A DNA stretch of 64,000 nucleotides from a virus (Duplodnaviria; Heunggongvirae; Uroviricota; Caudoviricetes): the IMG/VR virus record IMGVR_UViG_2563366947_000002. One strand, written 5' to 3'. The notes below the pieces were generated by a model. That model was not told the DNA's origin, did not search any database, and saw only the letters and a program-made list of their open reading frames with translations. The translations under genes and the position numbers were made by a program. Shown in pieces: positions 10,460 through 20,789 of the stretch (its first letter is position 1; each line of letters starts with the position of its first letter).

Positions 10460-10790
10460 GGGCAATTTTTACACCCTTCTCAAGGTGTAGAATTTGCCCT
10501 TAACGATCGGCAATTGAGGGCAATTTTTACATCTTAATTGCATGTATCTTGTTATTAGCAAGTTGTGTTTTTATATAACGTATTGATATATAAGGGTTAT
10601 GTAAAAATCACCCTCAACCAATATCGTGCGTATCGTGCATTCTTATTGCGCTTTTTTATTATCATTCACTGTGTTAACTGATTGATATTATTGAAATGTG
10701 TAAAGAATGCCTTCATTACAGATGAATTGATGATGTAAAAAATGCCCTCAAAATTGCGCTACCTTCCCTACCCGCTATCGTTGAGGGCGT
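10459..10790. repeat. downstream iteron cluster (incA-like copy-control locus)
   Basis: At least five further copies of the iteron core (GGGCAATTTTTACA / ATGTAAAAA.GCCCTCAA) in both orientations after the repA stop. Confidence 0.6.
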
Positions 10791-10840
10791 GGGTGCTGAC
10801 GGGAAATGAGCAACCCTCCAGCACACATAATTAAAGCGCT

Positions 10841-11548
10841 TCAGAATTTAATCACTCCACTCACAGCTCCCTTTAACGCACTTGTAGCCATGCCTGCGGC
10901 ACCGTTGACCAAAGCAGAAACACCTGAGCCTGCGGATGTGTATTTCTGGAAAGTGATTGGGTATGACAAGAACTCTGACACCTGATCACGTGAGCGAGTG
11001 ATTTCCCCAAGTTGTGTAGGAAATACGCGCATTTCTTCTTCCAGTTCTTTTCCGCCGTCCTGAGTTACCCGGTAGACACGGATTTTCATCAGATATTCCG
11101 GAGGAAGGTTTATTGTTCCATCAGGATTTGTTACACGAGAACGACGCTCTTTGAACCAGTCCATGATCTTGCCATCTTCGGTATCCCTCACGGTCATAGT
11201 GACCGGTCCGGCGCTAACATAGGTTGGCTTGCTGAATTCTACGCTGCCGATCACCTTGCTTTCTGTCTCGATGTTCCCACTGCTGTAGGTGATATCCTTC
11301 ACGAACATATCGAAGCCGTTCAGACCATCCACTTCAACGGTCCACTGCCACCCCTGGGCGTAACGGATACGCATAGCGGCAGCAACAATATTTTTCCCGT
11401 AGGCAATATCGCTACTGTAATTCCCGCTTACCCCGCCGCCTGATATGGCTTTATCAAGAATGTCGCTAATGAGGTTGCTGGTGAATGATTTCGTGTTAAA
11501 TGACAATGCGGTGGTCAACGTTCTACCAACGCTGCTGAAAATACTCAC
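10841..11548 (-). CDS. hypothetical virion protein
   Basis: 235-aa ORF in the minus-strand structural operon. Confidence 0.4.
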   Translation of the reverse strand: MSIFSSVGRTLTTALSFNTKSFTSNLISDILDKAISGGGVSGNYSSDIAYGKNIVAAAMRIRYAQGWQWTVEVDGLNGFDMFVKDITYSSGNIETESKVIGSVEFSKPTYVSAGPVTMTVRDTEDGKIMDWFKERRSRVTNPDGTINLPPEYLMKIRVYRVTQDGGKELEEEMRVFPTQLGEITRSRDQVSEFLSYPITFQKYTSAGSGVSALVNGAAGMATSALKGAVSGVIKF

Positions 11549-11563
11549 TCTGCGCCTCCAGCG

Positions 11564-12115
11564 TTAAAAAATGGTAGCCCCCGGAATAATGGCCCGGTTT
11601 GAGGACATTTTTTCCTCAATCTCCTGCACGCGGGCATATAGCGTGGCTTCATCGGGCAGATCGGAGTAGTCAAATTTCCCGTCGATGGATGCTCTACGCT
11701 GCCGGGCGACATTTCTTACGTTGATAAGCGCCTCCAGATATTCCTCCAGCATTCCAATGATTGCAGGAGGCACTTGCCATTCATCCAGCTTTCTGTCGCG
11801 TAGATTAACCAGATACAGCATTCGAAAAGGCCAGCGTTCTGAACCTGTTAGCTCTAATTCAATAAAGCCGGATAATTCATCCGAATAGACCAACAGGCCG
11901 TTGTTGTCGGTAACATGAACCAGAGAGAGATAATCTTCTGGCAACGGGATTGCAGTACCACCAGCTCTTTCAAGTTTTAACGTTTTCACTACCCCTGCCC
12001 TGTCCTGATACGTGGTCAGAGCTTTGATCAGGAATGCTTTCAACGTTTCTTCTTCACGCACAAGCAGCGGATTAAATCGCTCTTTAACGCTTTCTAATAA
12101 TTCAATTGGTGTCAT
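11564..12115 (-). CDS. hypothetical virion protein
   Basis: 183-aa ORF in the structural operon. Confidence 0.4.
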   Translation of the reverse strand: MTPIELLESVKERFNPLLVREEETLKAFLIKALTTYQDRAGVVKTLKLERAGGTAIPLPEDYLSLVHVTDNNGLLVYSDELSGFIELELTGSERWPFRMLYLVNLRDRKLDEWQVPPAIIGMLEEYLEALINVRNVARQRRASIDGKFDYSDLPDEATLYARVQEIEEKMSSNRAIIPGATIF

Positions 12116-12169
12116 TGTTGCCTACAACTCAATAACAAGGATGTTCCCGCCACAAGGGCGGGATAGGGA

Positions 12170-12661
12170 TTATTCCGCCCAGTTGTAAACAATGCGCAGG
12201 GAAGGTTTAACGACCGCCGTTACGTCTTCGGATGAGAAGTCCACGGCGTCGGAATACACTTTGCAATGAGAATATGTGCGGATCAGACCTTTATGGTTAC
12301 CGCTATTCGATTCAGCCGCCGCCTGTAAGGTAATTTCCAGATATTCTTTTCCGTATACCATCTGTTTTACAGCGGCGAGAACTGCGCCTTCGATAGTTTC
12401 CGCGCATGTGACCTGAAATTCACCAGAGTTGCGTAATGGTCCGTGCTGGTTGAATTTCATGCCACCAGGGGCGTAATCCTCCACATCTTCACGTGTCATT
12501 TCTGGTAACTGAGCTGTACGAACTAGTACAGACAGATGTTCGTAACCCTTAATGGTCATCCAATATTCAGAACCAATAAGTTTTTCGCCTGCAGCCAGGT
12601 TTTTATTAAACCGGGATTTTAGAAAGGCCATATCGGCTTTTGTATTTGCAAAACCGGACAT
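12170..12661 (-). CDS. hypothetical virion protein
   Basis: 163-aa ORF in the structural operon. Confidence 0.4.
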   Translation of the reverse strand: MSGFANTKADMAFLKSRFNKNLAAGEKLIGSEYWMTIKGYEHLSVLVRTAQLPEMTREDVEDYAPGGMKFNQHGPLRNSGEFQVTCAETIEGAVLAAVKQMVYGKEYLEITLQAAAESNSGNHKGLIRTYSHCKVYSDAVDFSSEDVTAVVKPSLRIVYNWAE

Positions 12662-12669
12662 AAATACTC

Positions 12670-13260
12670 CTACACAAAAACAGATGAGATATTGCTACGG
12701 TTGATCGATGTGTTACCGCTGCATTGCAGGGTTACCGTGTTATGAGTGAAATAGCCTTCCGGTGTGCGCGGGGCGTCCAGTTGGTAACTCACGCTTTTGA
12801 TAACAACGTCGGTAAGGGCTATGTTCCTACCTATGTTTAACGTTACTGTCTCCGGGCGACGACCGAATGGCGCTACATTGTTCAGTTCCGGCGATTCCAT
12901 CTTCAGCAATGCTGTAATGGCTGCGTTCACTTCAAGTTGCGCATTCACTGTCGCCATGAAATCAATTACCAGATTAAATTCAGGCGGTTGCTGACCTTCC
13001 CAAACAAGCATTGAGTTGAAGAGGGTTTTTGTTGTTACGCCGGTTGCGGTCTGAAGCGTATCTGCAAGAGAGCCAGCCGCAGCGCTAATACCGCCAAGCA
13101 AACCTCCTACTGACTGGTTTTCAAATGGTGATTGCCACATTGATGACAGTTCTGCGGTAGATCCTTCACCGATATAACCGACGACCATATCCTCTGAAGA
13201 GAGGATATAAACCTTCATTAACGGACTTATTCCGTCAGGCATTATCGCGCCGCAAATCAA
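12670..13260 (-). CDS. hypothetical virion protein (possible tail tube, by size and position)
   Basis: 196-aa ORF downstream of the putative sheath gene. Confidence 0.35.
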   Translation of the reverse strand: MICGAIMPDGISPLMKVYILSSEDMVVGYIGEGSTAELSSMWQSPFENQSVGGLLGGISAAAGSLADTLQTATGVTTKTLFNSMLVWEGQQPPEFNLVIDFMATVNAQLEVNAAITALLKMESPELNNVAPFGRRPETVTLNIGRNIALTDVVIKSVSYQLDAPRTPEGYFTHNTVTLQCSGNTSINRSNISSVFV

Positions 13261-13309
13261 ACGCTATTTCTCCCAGGTAGAGGCCACCTTTGCAGGCGGC
13301 CTGTGTCAC

Positions 13310-14050
13310 TTACAAACCGCGTTTTTTGCGAATGCGCATTGATTTTTTGCGGTTGATATTCGCTACGGATGTATGTGCTTTGCGGCGTGCTTTTTTCAGC
13401 GCCTGTTTTTGCAATGACGTCATGCGGCGAGGACGCGGGCGTTTACGGATGATGGTAACCTTGCCATCACGAACCACTTTTTTACGTACCGCTTCCAGCA
13501 TTGCGCTATCACCACCAGCAACGGTGTAAATGGCAATAGCTGTTTCCATCATGTCGGTGTCGCTTTCGGAAAGAGCGTCATAAACACGTTCGGCAGCTGA
13601 GTCATCTTCATCGTCGATCATTTCGGTTACATCGTCCTGATCAGCGCCAAGCGCAACAGCTGCATCAGCAAGAGCTGCGAGAGCATCGTTATAAGCATCG
13701 ATTTGCTCATCGGTGAAATCGGTGTCTTCATCGATATCAGCCAGGCCAGCCATAGTGATTGCTAATGCATCAAATGAGTCAGCCTCCGGATCACCATCTT
13801 CAACCCAACCAGCAAGCATGGAAGCTGCCAGGCTGCGCATATCACCTTGTGCACGGGATTCAACCGCTTCCATCATCGCGGTTTCAATGTCGTCTTTGGG
13901 CTTTGGTTGAGTGTCCTTTCCTTTCTGTCCTGCGCTTTCCAGCATGGCGTTATCATTATTGTCCTGCGTGGATTTATCACCGCTTTCAAAGCAGCCAGAA
14001 CCGAAAATCGCACGCATAAAAGGATCAGCAGTATAATTTTTCATATTCAA
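13310..14050 (-). CDS. acidic protein with strongly basic C-terminal tail
   Basis: 246-aa ORF, Asp/Glu-rich body, C-terminus KKARRKAHTSVANINRKKSMRIRKKRGL. Confidence 0.4.
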   Translation of the reverse strand: MNMKNYTADPFMRAIFGSGCFESGDKSTQDNNDNAMLESAGQKGKDTQPKPKDDIETAMMEAVESRAQGDMRSLAASMLAGWVEDGDPEADSFDALAITMAGLADIDEDTDFTDEQIDAYNDALAALADAAVALGADQDDVTEMIDDEDDSAAERVYDALSESDTDMMETAIAIYTVAGGDSAMLEAVRKKVVRDGKVTIIRKRPRPRRMTSLQKQALKKARRKAHTSVANINRKKSMRIRKKRGL

Positions 14051-14087
14051 ACCTCTCTCCCCCGCATCATTTAGCGGGGGTTATAAA

Positions 14088-15746
14088 TCAGCGCATCAGA
14101 ATTGGCTTACCGACGATTCGGCGAGCTGTACCGGTCGGACAAACAGACCAGGACACTTCCCACAGATCGATGTCCTTTTGGACAACCTGAACAACATATG
14201 GATCTTCACCCTGGGACTTGTCACGTGGAGTAACCAGCGCACCGGCTGCAACGTAACGGTCAAGCAATTCAGTCATTGCTTTCATTAGCGTTTCTTTGGT
14301 AATGCCATCCGGTTCGTGCTTAATCGCCTGAGCTACTTCATAGAAATCTCTGGCGATGGCGTTCATCAAGGAAGACACATGCTGGAATCGCAGATAGTTG
14401 TTTTTGCTGTAAGTTGTTAAAGAGTCGTCAATGTAAACGGACCCGTCAGCAGCAACTGAAACTGGATTAATGCGCGCAAGAACGAACGCTTCACGATCAA
14501 CTGCACCGATATTTGGAATTCGGGCAATGTTCTGTCGATCAATAATCGCGCGTGATATACCTGCCGGTGCGTAATGCCAACCACCAACATCCGGTACCAG
14601 CGCCACTCCTTTTGCTTTCGCTACGAATGCGTCGCAGCTAATGCCATAGACGACATTCATTCCAGTGAAAGTATCTCGGCAGGAGAGCGGGAAGTAGTAA
14701 CGGCTTGGTTGATGTGAGCCGCCAAAACTATGGCTTTTCGCTTCTGAAATAGCGTTTTCAGGTGTCTGGTTGCCCTTCAGGTCATAGAACATGTCTACGC
14801 GAACATCTTCAGCCAGCTTTTTGATTGCGGCTAAGGCGGATGCGTCATAACAACCCAGTGACAGCAATGCGGTGTAATTAACCTCTGAAGCTTCGAGAAC
14901 CTTTAATGCTTCCAGATAGTCTTCAGTGTCAATTTCGGACAGATCTCCATCAGTACCACCTTCAAAAGCTACATCCTCAAAAATGAGTTGAGCAGCGGAT
15001 GCTTCTGCATTATCTGCCAGTACGGCACCAATGCGAGTGGACTGGCTTTCAAGCAGTGTCGGAATCCATGCTGGTTGGCCCATGTCGTTAGTGCCTTCTG
15101 GATTGAAAGACACTTGGTGGCTTTCCAGCACCTCAATGGACCCATCGGTTTGTTTTTCTTTCAGCGTCAGCGTAAAGAGTTCGCTTTCTTCATCATCGCG
15201 AGTTAGTGATAACGTGCGATTTTGAGATGCATCACCATCTTTGATGAAGAATAATGCCTTCTCTTCACCTTTAATCTGGGGCGTCTCTTTGGGTGTGAAG
15301 GACACTGATTGAGTCGTTGCAGTTGAAGCAACACCAACGCTTAATGTGTCACCTGGATTTACTGTGGTTTCAGTAGGTTCAACGGAAAGTTCTTTGCTCG
15401 CCTTTGCCGCTTTTGCTTTGCCCACAACGGAAACAGAAATACCCGGCACCTTCATGTCTTTAGCGCAAACTCGAACGACATATCCAGATCCGCCTTTTAC
15501 TGCACGCTCCACGTGGCGATATGGTTCAAATGCCGCGCCCTGGCGAGGGTGAATCGGTGAACCTAATACGCTTTGATAAGTCGTATCGTCAACTTTCAGT
15601 ACCTTACCCGGTGCGCCACGACGCGATATTACAAGCCCAGCAAAGACGGATGCGCCACCGCTGGTATTGGTGAGGGTAGCGTCAGCATTTACTGACATTA
15701 CAGCAACGCCAGCTGCCTGCCCTACCGAAAAACTAATCTTATTCAT
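14088..15746 (-). CDS. putative contractile tail sheath protein
   Basis: 552-aa ORF; size matches P1 gp22; weak C-terminal resemblance to P2 FI-type sheath proteins by eye. Confidence 0.5.
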   Translation of the reverse strand: MNKISFSVGQAAGVAVMSVNADATLTNTSGGASVFAGLVISRRGAPGKVLKVDDTTYQSVLGSPIHPRQGAAFEPYRHVERAVKGGSGYVVRVCAKDMKVPGISVSVVGKAKAAKASKELSVEPTETTVNPGDTLSVGVASTATTQSVSFTPKETPQIKGEEKALFFIKDGDASQNRTLSLTRDDEESELFTLTLKEKQTDGSIEVLESHQVSFNPEGTNDMGQPAWIPTLLESQSTRIGAVLADNAEASAAQLIFEDVAFEGGTDGDLSEIDTEDYLEALKVLEASEVNYTALLSLGCYDASALAAIKKLAEDVRVDMFYDLKGNQTPENAISEAKSHSFGGSHQPSRYYFPLSCRDTFTGMNVVYGISCDAFVAKAKGVALVPDVGGWHYAPAGISRAIIDRQNIARIPNIGAVDREAFVLARINPVSVAADGSVYIDDSLTTYSKNNYLRFQHVSSLMNAIARDFYEVAQAIKHEPDGITKETLMKAMTELLDRYVAAGALVTPRDKSQGEDPYVVQVVQKDIDLWEVSWSVCPTGTARRIVGKPILMR

Positions 15747-15813
15747 GCTGGTTCTTATCCTCTAAAGCGAGAGAACGAGGCAAGGCTACCCACGGTTAAT
15801 GGGCAGCCTCTGA

Positions 15814-16092
15814 TCAGGATTCGCTTACCGTGAAGTTGTCGCCTACGGTTACTTCTTTCGTAGTTGGTTCAACACTGACGGCGCTTACGCTTTTAGGTGC
15901 CTCCCTAACAGTGACTGTGCACTGTGCGGTTTTATTGCCGTCATTTGTTTTGATTGTCAGCACTGCCTGCCCGGCCTTAAGAGCGGTACATGTAGTGCCA
16001 TCAACCTGGACAATTTCAGGGTGATCTGACTCAACAGTGAAAGATTTGTCTGTTGCGTCAGATGGCGTGATAGTTACTTGAATGTTTGCCAT
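15814..16092 (-). CDS. Ig-like (Big_2-type) domain protein, possible head decoration
   Basis: 92-aa all-beta, Thr/Val-rich ORF directly downstream of the putative capsid gene. Confidence 0.4.
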   Translation of the reverse strand: MANIQVTITPSDATDKSFTVESDHPEIVQVDGTTCTALKAGQAVLTIKTNDGNKTAQCTVTVREAPKSVSAVSVEPTTKEVTVGDNFTVSES

Positions 16093-16239
16093 TCTTTTCT
16101 CCTGAACGCCCCTTATTCAGGGGCGTGTTTTTGCCTTACTTCTGCTTTGTTTTTTTCTGTGCCTTTGAAGTGTTCGCGGCGATAGTTTCACCTTCATCTA
16201 CGTCAAGTGACGTTGGTGATACCGACACGTTCGCCACCA

Positions 16240-17937
16240 TCACTTTTTTTCGTTAACCTTGCCTGTCAGCATGTCGATAGCACCTTCTTTGGCACGAGTC
16301 AGACGCAGGCGGGTGAAGTAGTTTTCACCGTTGCGAGGATGTACTTCGTTGATGGCACTGCCCCAGAGAGTGGTACGGTTAACGAGAGACGGATTGGTTT
16401 CGTGCACGTAAGGGATTGCTGGGACTGCATCACCAGCAATCAGACCGGCTTTACCGATGCCTTCGCCACGCCCATAGAAGAAGATGTCATCCAGCCCGAA
16501 GTCATATCCCTGTGCCTGGAATTGCTCACAGACAGGTTGCGGCACTTCGTAAATACGAATCGTGCCAAACAGGGTGCCGATGTACTGTACATACGGCGAC
16601 TGAACGTAACCTGGTGCGATCTGGAAGTGCTGTGGAGGCAGAGAGCGCAGGAAGTTCGCGGCGTCACCACCAGCAAAGCCGCCACGAATACCCGTTGTCA
16701 GGGTACGATTTGCCATTTCTTGAGACAGAGCGTTTACTACGTGACGCAGGAGGCCGACCCAGGACTCATAGTTTTGAGCTTCCGGCAGAGCCACATCAAA
16801 TTCACGACCATAAACGGTATGGAATACCAGGGTGCGCAGACGCATGATGTCGGTTTCATGGGAGATCCAGTTACGCATCGCGGAGAACTGAAGTGCCGCT
16901 AATTCAAGGCCGTGCTCACGGCTTAAATCGGATGCGGACATTACCGTGTGTTCGGAAGCAATTACGTACTGGGACGGACGAACTTCGTACTTACGCATAG
17001 CCTGGTTGATCACCGGAATCAGGCTTGGATTGCGCTCGATGTTAATTTCGACCTGAACAGCAATTTCAGTACCTTCTGGCGGAGCCTGGGTAAATGTAAT
17101 GTCAATGACACCAGTGTCATAGGCAACTTTGGCAGTCGCTGAGAAAGCATTACCTTTGCTGTCTTTAGCATTGAAATAAAGGTTGCCATCGCCGTCGTCA
17201 ACTTTGGACGGTTTGCGGTTGATCAGCAGTTTGTTATAACCAGCGCGAAGCGGGCAGGATTGTCCCTCAAAATTTTGGATGTCGAACTGGAAGGTTTTGG
17301 TGCTGCCATCCCCTTTAGTGGAAAGGGTATACAGGCGCTTCATTTGAGAATAAACACCAGCTGACTGCATATTCAGTTCGTCACCTTGTTTGAAGGTGCC
17401 GAATTTTGTGCCTGCTACGTTGACCAGTTCATAAATATTTGACTCGTCACGATCACAAGGAACAAAAGTACAGGCATCACTGGTAGCAGCGCCCAGAGAG
17501 GCAGGCAGAATTAGAGCAGCATATTGAGCAACTTTCATTACGCCGTCAGAGCTACGCATTGATTGCGCGACAGACTCAAACATTGCCTTACCCGTGCCTT
17601 CATGGGTATCACTGGCACATTCAGTCATCAAGCGTTCAAGAGCCATGTGTGCGTTCGCCAGGATGTCACTTGCCGGGTAATGACCATGTTGACGTTTATA
17701 CTCATGCAGAGACATAGCCCACCCACCAGTGATCTGACGAGCGACCTCTGGATTTACGCCTTCAAACATAGGCACTTTCTGGATTGCTTTATCCAGGTTT
17801 TCCATCATTACTGCCTGGTCAGCAATCATGTTTCCTGCTGCATCGGTGGTCGGATCGACGGTCATAGCCATGACGCTTGCCGCCCGATTCATAATCTCGC
17901 GCTCGCGATCACGAGCTGGCTGAATGTTTTTATTCAC
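16240..17937 (-). CDS. putative major head protein precursor
   Basis: 565-aa ORF (about 62 kDa, the size of the P1 gp23 precursor), first gene of the operon, followed by an Ig-like gene. Confidence 0.5.
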   Translation of the reverse strand: MNKNIQPARDREREIMNRAASVMAMTVDPTTDAAGNMIADQAVMMENLDKAIQKVPMFEGVNPEVARQITGGWAMSLHEYKRQHGHYPASDILANAHMALERLMTECASDTHEGTGKAMFESVAQSMRSSDGVMKVAQYAALILPASLGAATSDACTFVPCDRDESNIYELVNVAGTKFGTFKQGDELNMQSAGVYSQMKRLYTLSTKGDGSTKTFQFDIQNFEGQSCPLRAGYNKLLINRKPSKVDDGDGNLYFNAKDSKGNAFSATAKVAYDTGVIDITFTQAPPEGTEIAVQVEINIERNPSLIPVINQAMRKYEVRPSQYVIASEHTVMSASDLSREHGLELAALQFSAMRNWISHETDIMRLRTLVFHTVYGREFDVALPEAQNYESWVGLLRHVVNALSQEMANRTLTTGIRGGFAGGDAANFLRSLPPQHFQIAPGYVQSPYVQYIGTLFGTIRIYEVPQPVCEQFQAQGYDFGLDDIFFYGRGEGIGKAGLIAGDAVPAIPYVHETNPSLVNRTTLWGSAINEVHPRNGENYFTRLRLTRAKEGAIDMLTGKVNEKK

Positions 17938-18070
17938 GGTTAAGCCCTAAATTCGGGCGCGGCGTGAAGGTTCTTTTGACGGGCTAACAATACCTACTTT
18001 GTGATTTAGTCAATAGATTTAGTAAAATAAAATCTATTAACACTCATGTTGTTATGTGATTTAATTTTGG

Positions 18071-18085
18071 TTTTCTAACACAAAT
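18071..18085. promoter_or_regulatory. C1-type operator-like motif (TTTTCTAACACAAAT)
   Basis: Member of a nine-site motif family; lies in the divergent promoter region between the capsid gene and 18096. Confidence 0.4.
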
Positions 18086-18095
18086 CATTAGAGTT

Positions 18096-18488
18096 ATGGC
18101 GTATCGAATCTTTGTTTCGTATAAAAATGGCGCTAAGAGCCACTCTCTGAACACAACAAGTCGCTTTCTTGTTGAGGCGCAGTTGGCATCAATTCTTGCC
18201 GAAAGTGAGATACTCTCGCTCGCTGAACGGATCGTTATCCAGTTTTCTGGTAGAGATATACTCAATGCCCCCGCCCTCACTCCGGCCTCCGAAGTTATGG
18301 AATCAATTAAATGGCCTGTATGCGGATGTCCTGCCAGGGTTGAAGAGCCGGTAACAGCAACGCTCTACATGCCGAAAGCAGTAAGAGATTGGCTTGCTAT
18401 GGTTGGTAATGGGAAAGTCAGTGCTGGACTTCGCAAGTTAATTGAAATGGCAGATATTCCTGAGTTAAAAAATGCATGGCGACAATGA
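18096..18488 (+). CDS. hypothetical protein
   Basis: 130-aa ORF downstream of an operator-like motif. Confidence 0.4.
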   Translation: MAYRIFVSYKNGAKSHSLNTTSRFLVEAQLASILAESEILSLAERIVIQFSGRDILNAPALTPASEVMESIKWPVCGCPARVEEPVTATLYMPKAVRDWLAMVGNGKVSAGLRKLIEMADIPELKNAWRQ

Positions 18489-18504
18489 GTAAACAAGGGA
18501 CAAA

Positions 18505-18963
18505 ATGAGTCACGTTAACCCATCAAAAACACAATATCGCTTAATGCTGGCGATCGCGTCAGCTATACCAACCAGCCTGAATCCCCCGGCAGGCTATCCC
18601 GCTGTTGTTGATGATTGTTTTCAGTATTACGGAGAAGACATCCTGAGCCAGTCAAAAGCGCTCAAGCAGTTATGTAAGGCAGGTATTCTTCACTGTATCG
18701 GAGATCCGGACGATTTTGTTGTTATGCTGGCGGATCGTGACTCTTTTCTACTGTCCTGGAAAGCTGGTGCGCGCGAAGCACGTTTGGGGAATGGTATTGG
18801 TTACATAGACTATAGCGATTGTCCGCTGGCATTTGCTGGTGGATATATGCATTGGCATGAGCGAAATAGGGGCCGTCAGCGTCAGTATCGTTTGAGTGAC
18901 TTTAACGTCTGTCACGGTTTCGAAGAAGCTGACAGCCAGGACATCTGGCTTCAGGAGCCTTGA
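18505..18963 (+). CDS. hypothetical protein
   Basis: 152-aa ORF, 17 nt after the previous gene. Confidence 0.4.
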   Translation: MSHVNPSKTQYRLMLAIASAIPTSLNPPAGYPAVVDDCFQYYGEDILSQSKALKQLCKAGILHCIGDPDDFVVMLADRDSFLLSWKAGAREARLGNGIGYIDYSDCPLAFAGGYMHWHERNRGRQRQYRLSDFNVCHGFEEADSQDIWLQEP

Positions 18964-19283
18964 TCCCCCTTCCCTTCCCAAATCTCCCTGTTTCTTTGGT
19001 TATTCAGTGCGTTTCGTTGGTTGCATTCGTCGATCGTGCTGAATAACTGTTCAGCGTATGTCGGATACTTGTTTAACAGCACTGGCGTGTCTTCTGGCAC
19101 TAAACAAGGGGAGTAATCAATCAGATTTGCCTGCGGCTTGCTGGTGGCTTCTACGGTAATTTTCACTGGCACGCTGGTTGATGGCTTTTGCCCGTTCCCG
19201 CTGCATCCTGATAACGTCATCAGGCACACGCACATCGTTAATCCCAGCACGGCGTAACGCATTTTCAAGGCGAGTGATTTCAT
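18951..19283 (-). CDS. outer-membrane spanin lipoprotein (Rz1-like)
   Basis: Signal peptide plus lipobox (CLMTLSGCSG); ORF overlaps the 3' end of the i-spanin gene in another frame. Confidence 0.55.
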   Translation of the reverse strand: MKSLALKMRYAVLGLTMCVCLMTLSGCSGNGQKPSTSVPVKITVEATSKPQANLIDYSPCLVPEDTPVLLNKYPTYAEQLFSTIDECNQRNALNNQRNREIWEGKGDQGS

Positions 19284-19590
19284 TCTGGCTTTCCTCTCGT
19301 TGTTTGATTAGGTTGGCATTCAGTTCTGCTGTTTTGCGCTGGTACTCCTTTTCCAGTGCTTTAATTCTTTCGTTTTCGGTCAGCATGGCTGAGCGAGCGT
19401 TCTCACTTAACTGTAATGCGGTAGAAAGCGTGTTGTTCGTGCTTTCCAGTTGTGATTTTGAGCCTTCAAGCGCTCGGACATACCTGATGTGTTCGATAAC
19501 TGCCGTCGTTGTTCGGTAAATTCCAGAAATGGCTAAAAGCGCAATTACAATCAAAATTATCTTTTTCAAAACCATCCTCTTCAGGTTCAT
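19117..19590 (-). CDS. inner-membrane spanin (Rz-like)
   Basis: N-terminal TM helix then a long coiled-coil periplasmic domain; contains the embedded lipoprotein ORF. Confidence 0.55.
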   Translation of the reverse strand: MNLKRMVLKKIILIVIALLAISGIYRTTTAVIEHIRYVRALEGSKSQLESTNNTLSTALQLSENARSAMLTENERIKALEKEYQRKTAELNANLIKQREESQNEITRLENALRRAGINDVRVPDDVIRMQRERAKAINQRASENYRRSHQQAAGKSD

Positions 19591-19645
19591 TTTCGGTGTT
19601 AAACATGTACCAAATTACATCCTTTTGTGTGCCTAAGTGGTGTTG

Positions 19646-20452
19646 CTATGGTTCCTTTTTGGTGTTCTTTTGGAGCGCATCGATAACGCCTTGTGGCATG
19701 ATTAAACTGATTGCCGGACTCATTACTGCATCATCCAGTAGAGAACCAGTTAACGTGATGGCGACAGCGTTCTCTAAACCTTTGGTTGCCTGAGTGGTTG
19801 ACGTTTTAATGCGACCTGTAAGGGCTACGACACTCTCACTTGCTGAGTTAATTTCGGAGAGTAAAGCTTCGGCGGCTGTCACTGCTTCCCGTAAAGCATC
19901 AATTTCATCCTGAGTAATGACTGGAGCCTGAGCGCCCCCAGCACCACCCTGTCCACCATTGCTATCACCACCACCAGCACTTCCGGCAGCTTCAATTTTT
20001 GCGTTAATGGCGTTCATGGCGGTTTTCAGAGCATCAAGTTTTAGCGCCGTCAATGCGTCCGTTAGAGATTGCGGAATGGAAACATTACCCATTCCCTCAA
20101 CAAGGGCGAAAGCAGGTATGGGGGTCAGCTCGTTACCTTTTGCGTAGCATTCCCAGCCAATCTTCATCTGTAACAGCTCTGATGGCTTGGTGTATGGGGA
20201 AAGAGAATCAGCCAGTAATGAAGACGCTTTGCTGGCCTCATTGAGCTGTTCAGAAAAGCCAAGCAATTGAGTAGTCCAGGCCGAAACAGAATCAGGATAG
20301 GTTTTATCGGCGTGAACTATTCCCTGTATGGCGCTGGCGAGCGATGAGGCTTTTACAGAAGCTGCCCGGCTTATGGTTATAGATTCTGGTGTAGAGATAC
20401 CGGCATCTGACAGAATTTTGAAGGCTTTAACTTCACCTATTGAATCAAGCAT
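19646..20452 (-). CDS. hypothetical Gly-rich protein, translationally coupled to the PAAR-like gene
   Basis: ORF track starts at 20551; the internal ATG (MLDSIGEV) overlaps the PAAR-like stop (TAATG), so that start is preferred. Confidence 0.45.
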   Translation of the reverse strand: MLDSIGEVKAFKILSDAGISTPESITISRAASVKASSLASAIQGIVHADKTYPDSVSAWTTQLLGFSEQLNEASKASSLLADSLSPYTKPSELLQMKIGWECYAKGNELTPIPAFALVEGMGNVSIPQSLTDALTALKLDALKTAMNAINAKIEAAGSAGGGDSNGGQGGAGGAQAPVITQDEIDALREAVTAAEALLSEINSASESVVALTGRIKTSTTQATKGLENAVAITLTGSLLDDAVMSPAISLIMPQGVIDALQKNTKKEP

Positions 20453-20736
20453 TATGCAACCTGAAAAATATCCTCGCCGTTGGCGATAACAGAACCACAA
20501 GAAAGCGGATCGCCTACACAGACAACTCCCTTTCCACCTATCGAAAACCATACTCGCGTCGATACAGCTGCCCCTGGATGTGCACTGTTACCGTCAGTGT
20601 GACTGGGAAACATGGCACCATCTACAACAATTGGCTTACCGTTAACGGTGAACCAGGGAACAGTTTCAGCTACCAGTCGCGGCGGAAATCCTCCGTGACC
20701 AGAACAAAGGGTGTCGCTGGTGGCTATTGCGCTCAT
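20452..20736 (-). CDS. PAAR-like spike-tip protein
   Basis: 94-aa Gly/Pro-rich protein with PAAR-repeat-like segments (CSGHGGFPPR, SAHPGAAV, GVVCVGDPLSCG). Confidence 0.45.
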   Translation of the reverse strand: MSAIATSDTLCSGHGGFPPRLVAETVPWFTVNGKPIVVDGAMFPSHTDGNSAHPGAAVSTRVWFSIGGKGVVCVGDPLSCGSVIANGEDIFQVA

Positions 20737-20789
20737 TCTTCACCTCCTGGTTATCCTCCTATTGTCATCACTTTGTTATTTCGTCATTC

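Noticed and set aside
9422-10790. Possible CRISPR array (short direct repeats with spacers)
   Set aside because: Repeats are about 21 bp with irregular spacing and mixed orientation, flank a Rep_3-type initiator gene and include a DnaA box: plasmid iterons, not CRISPR.
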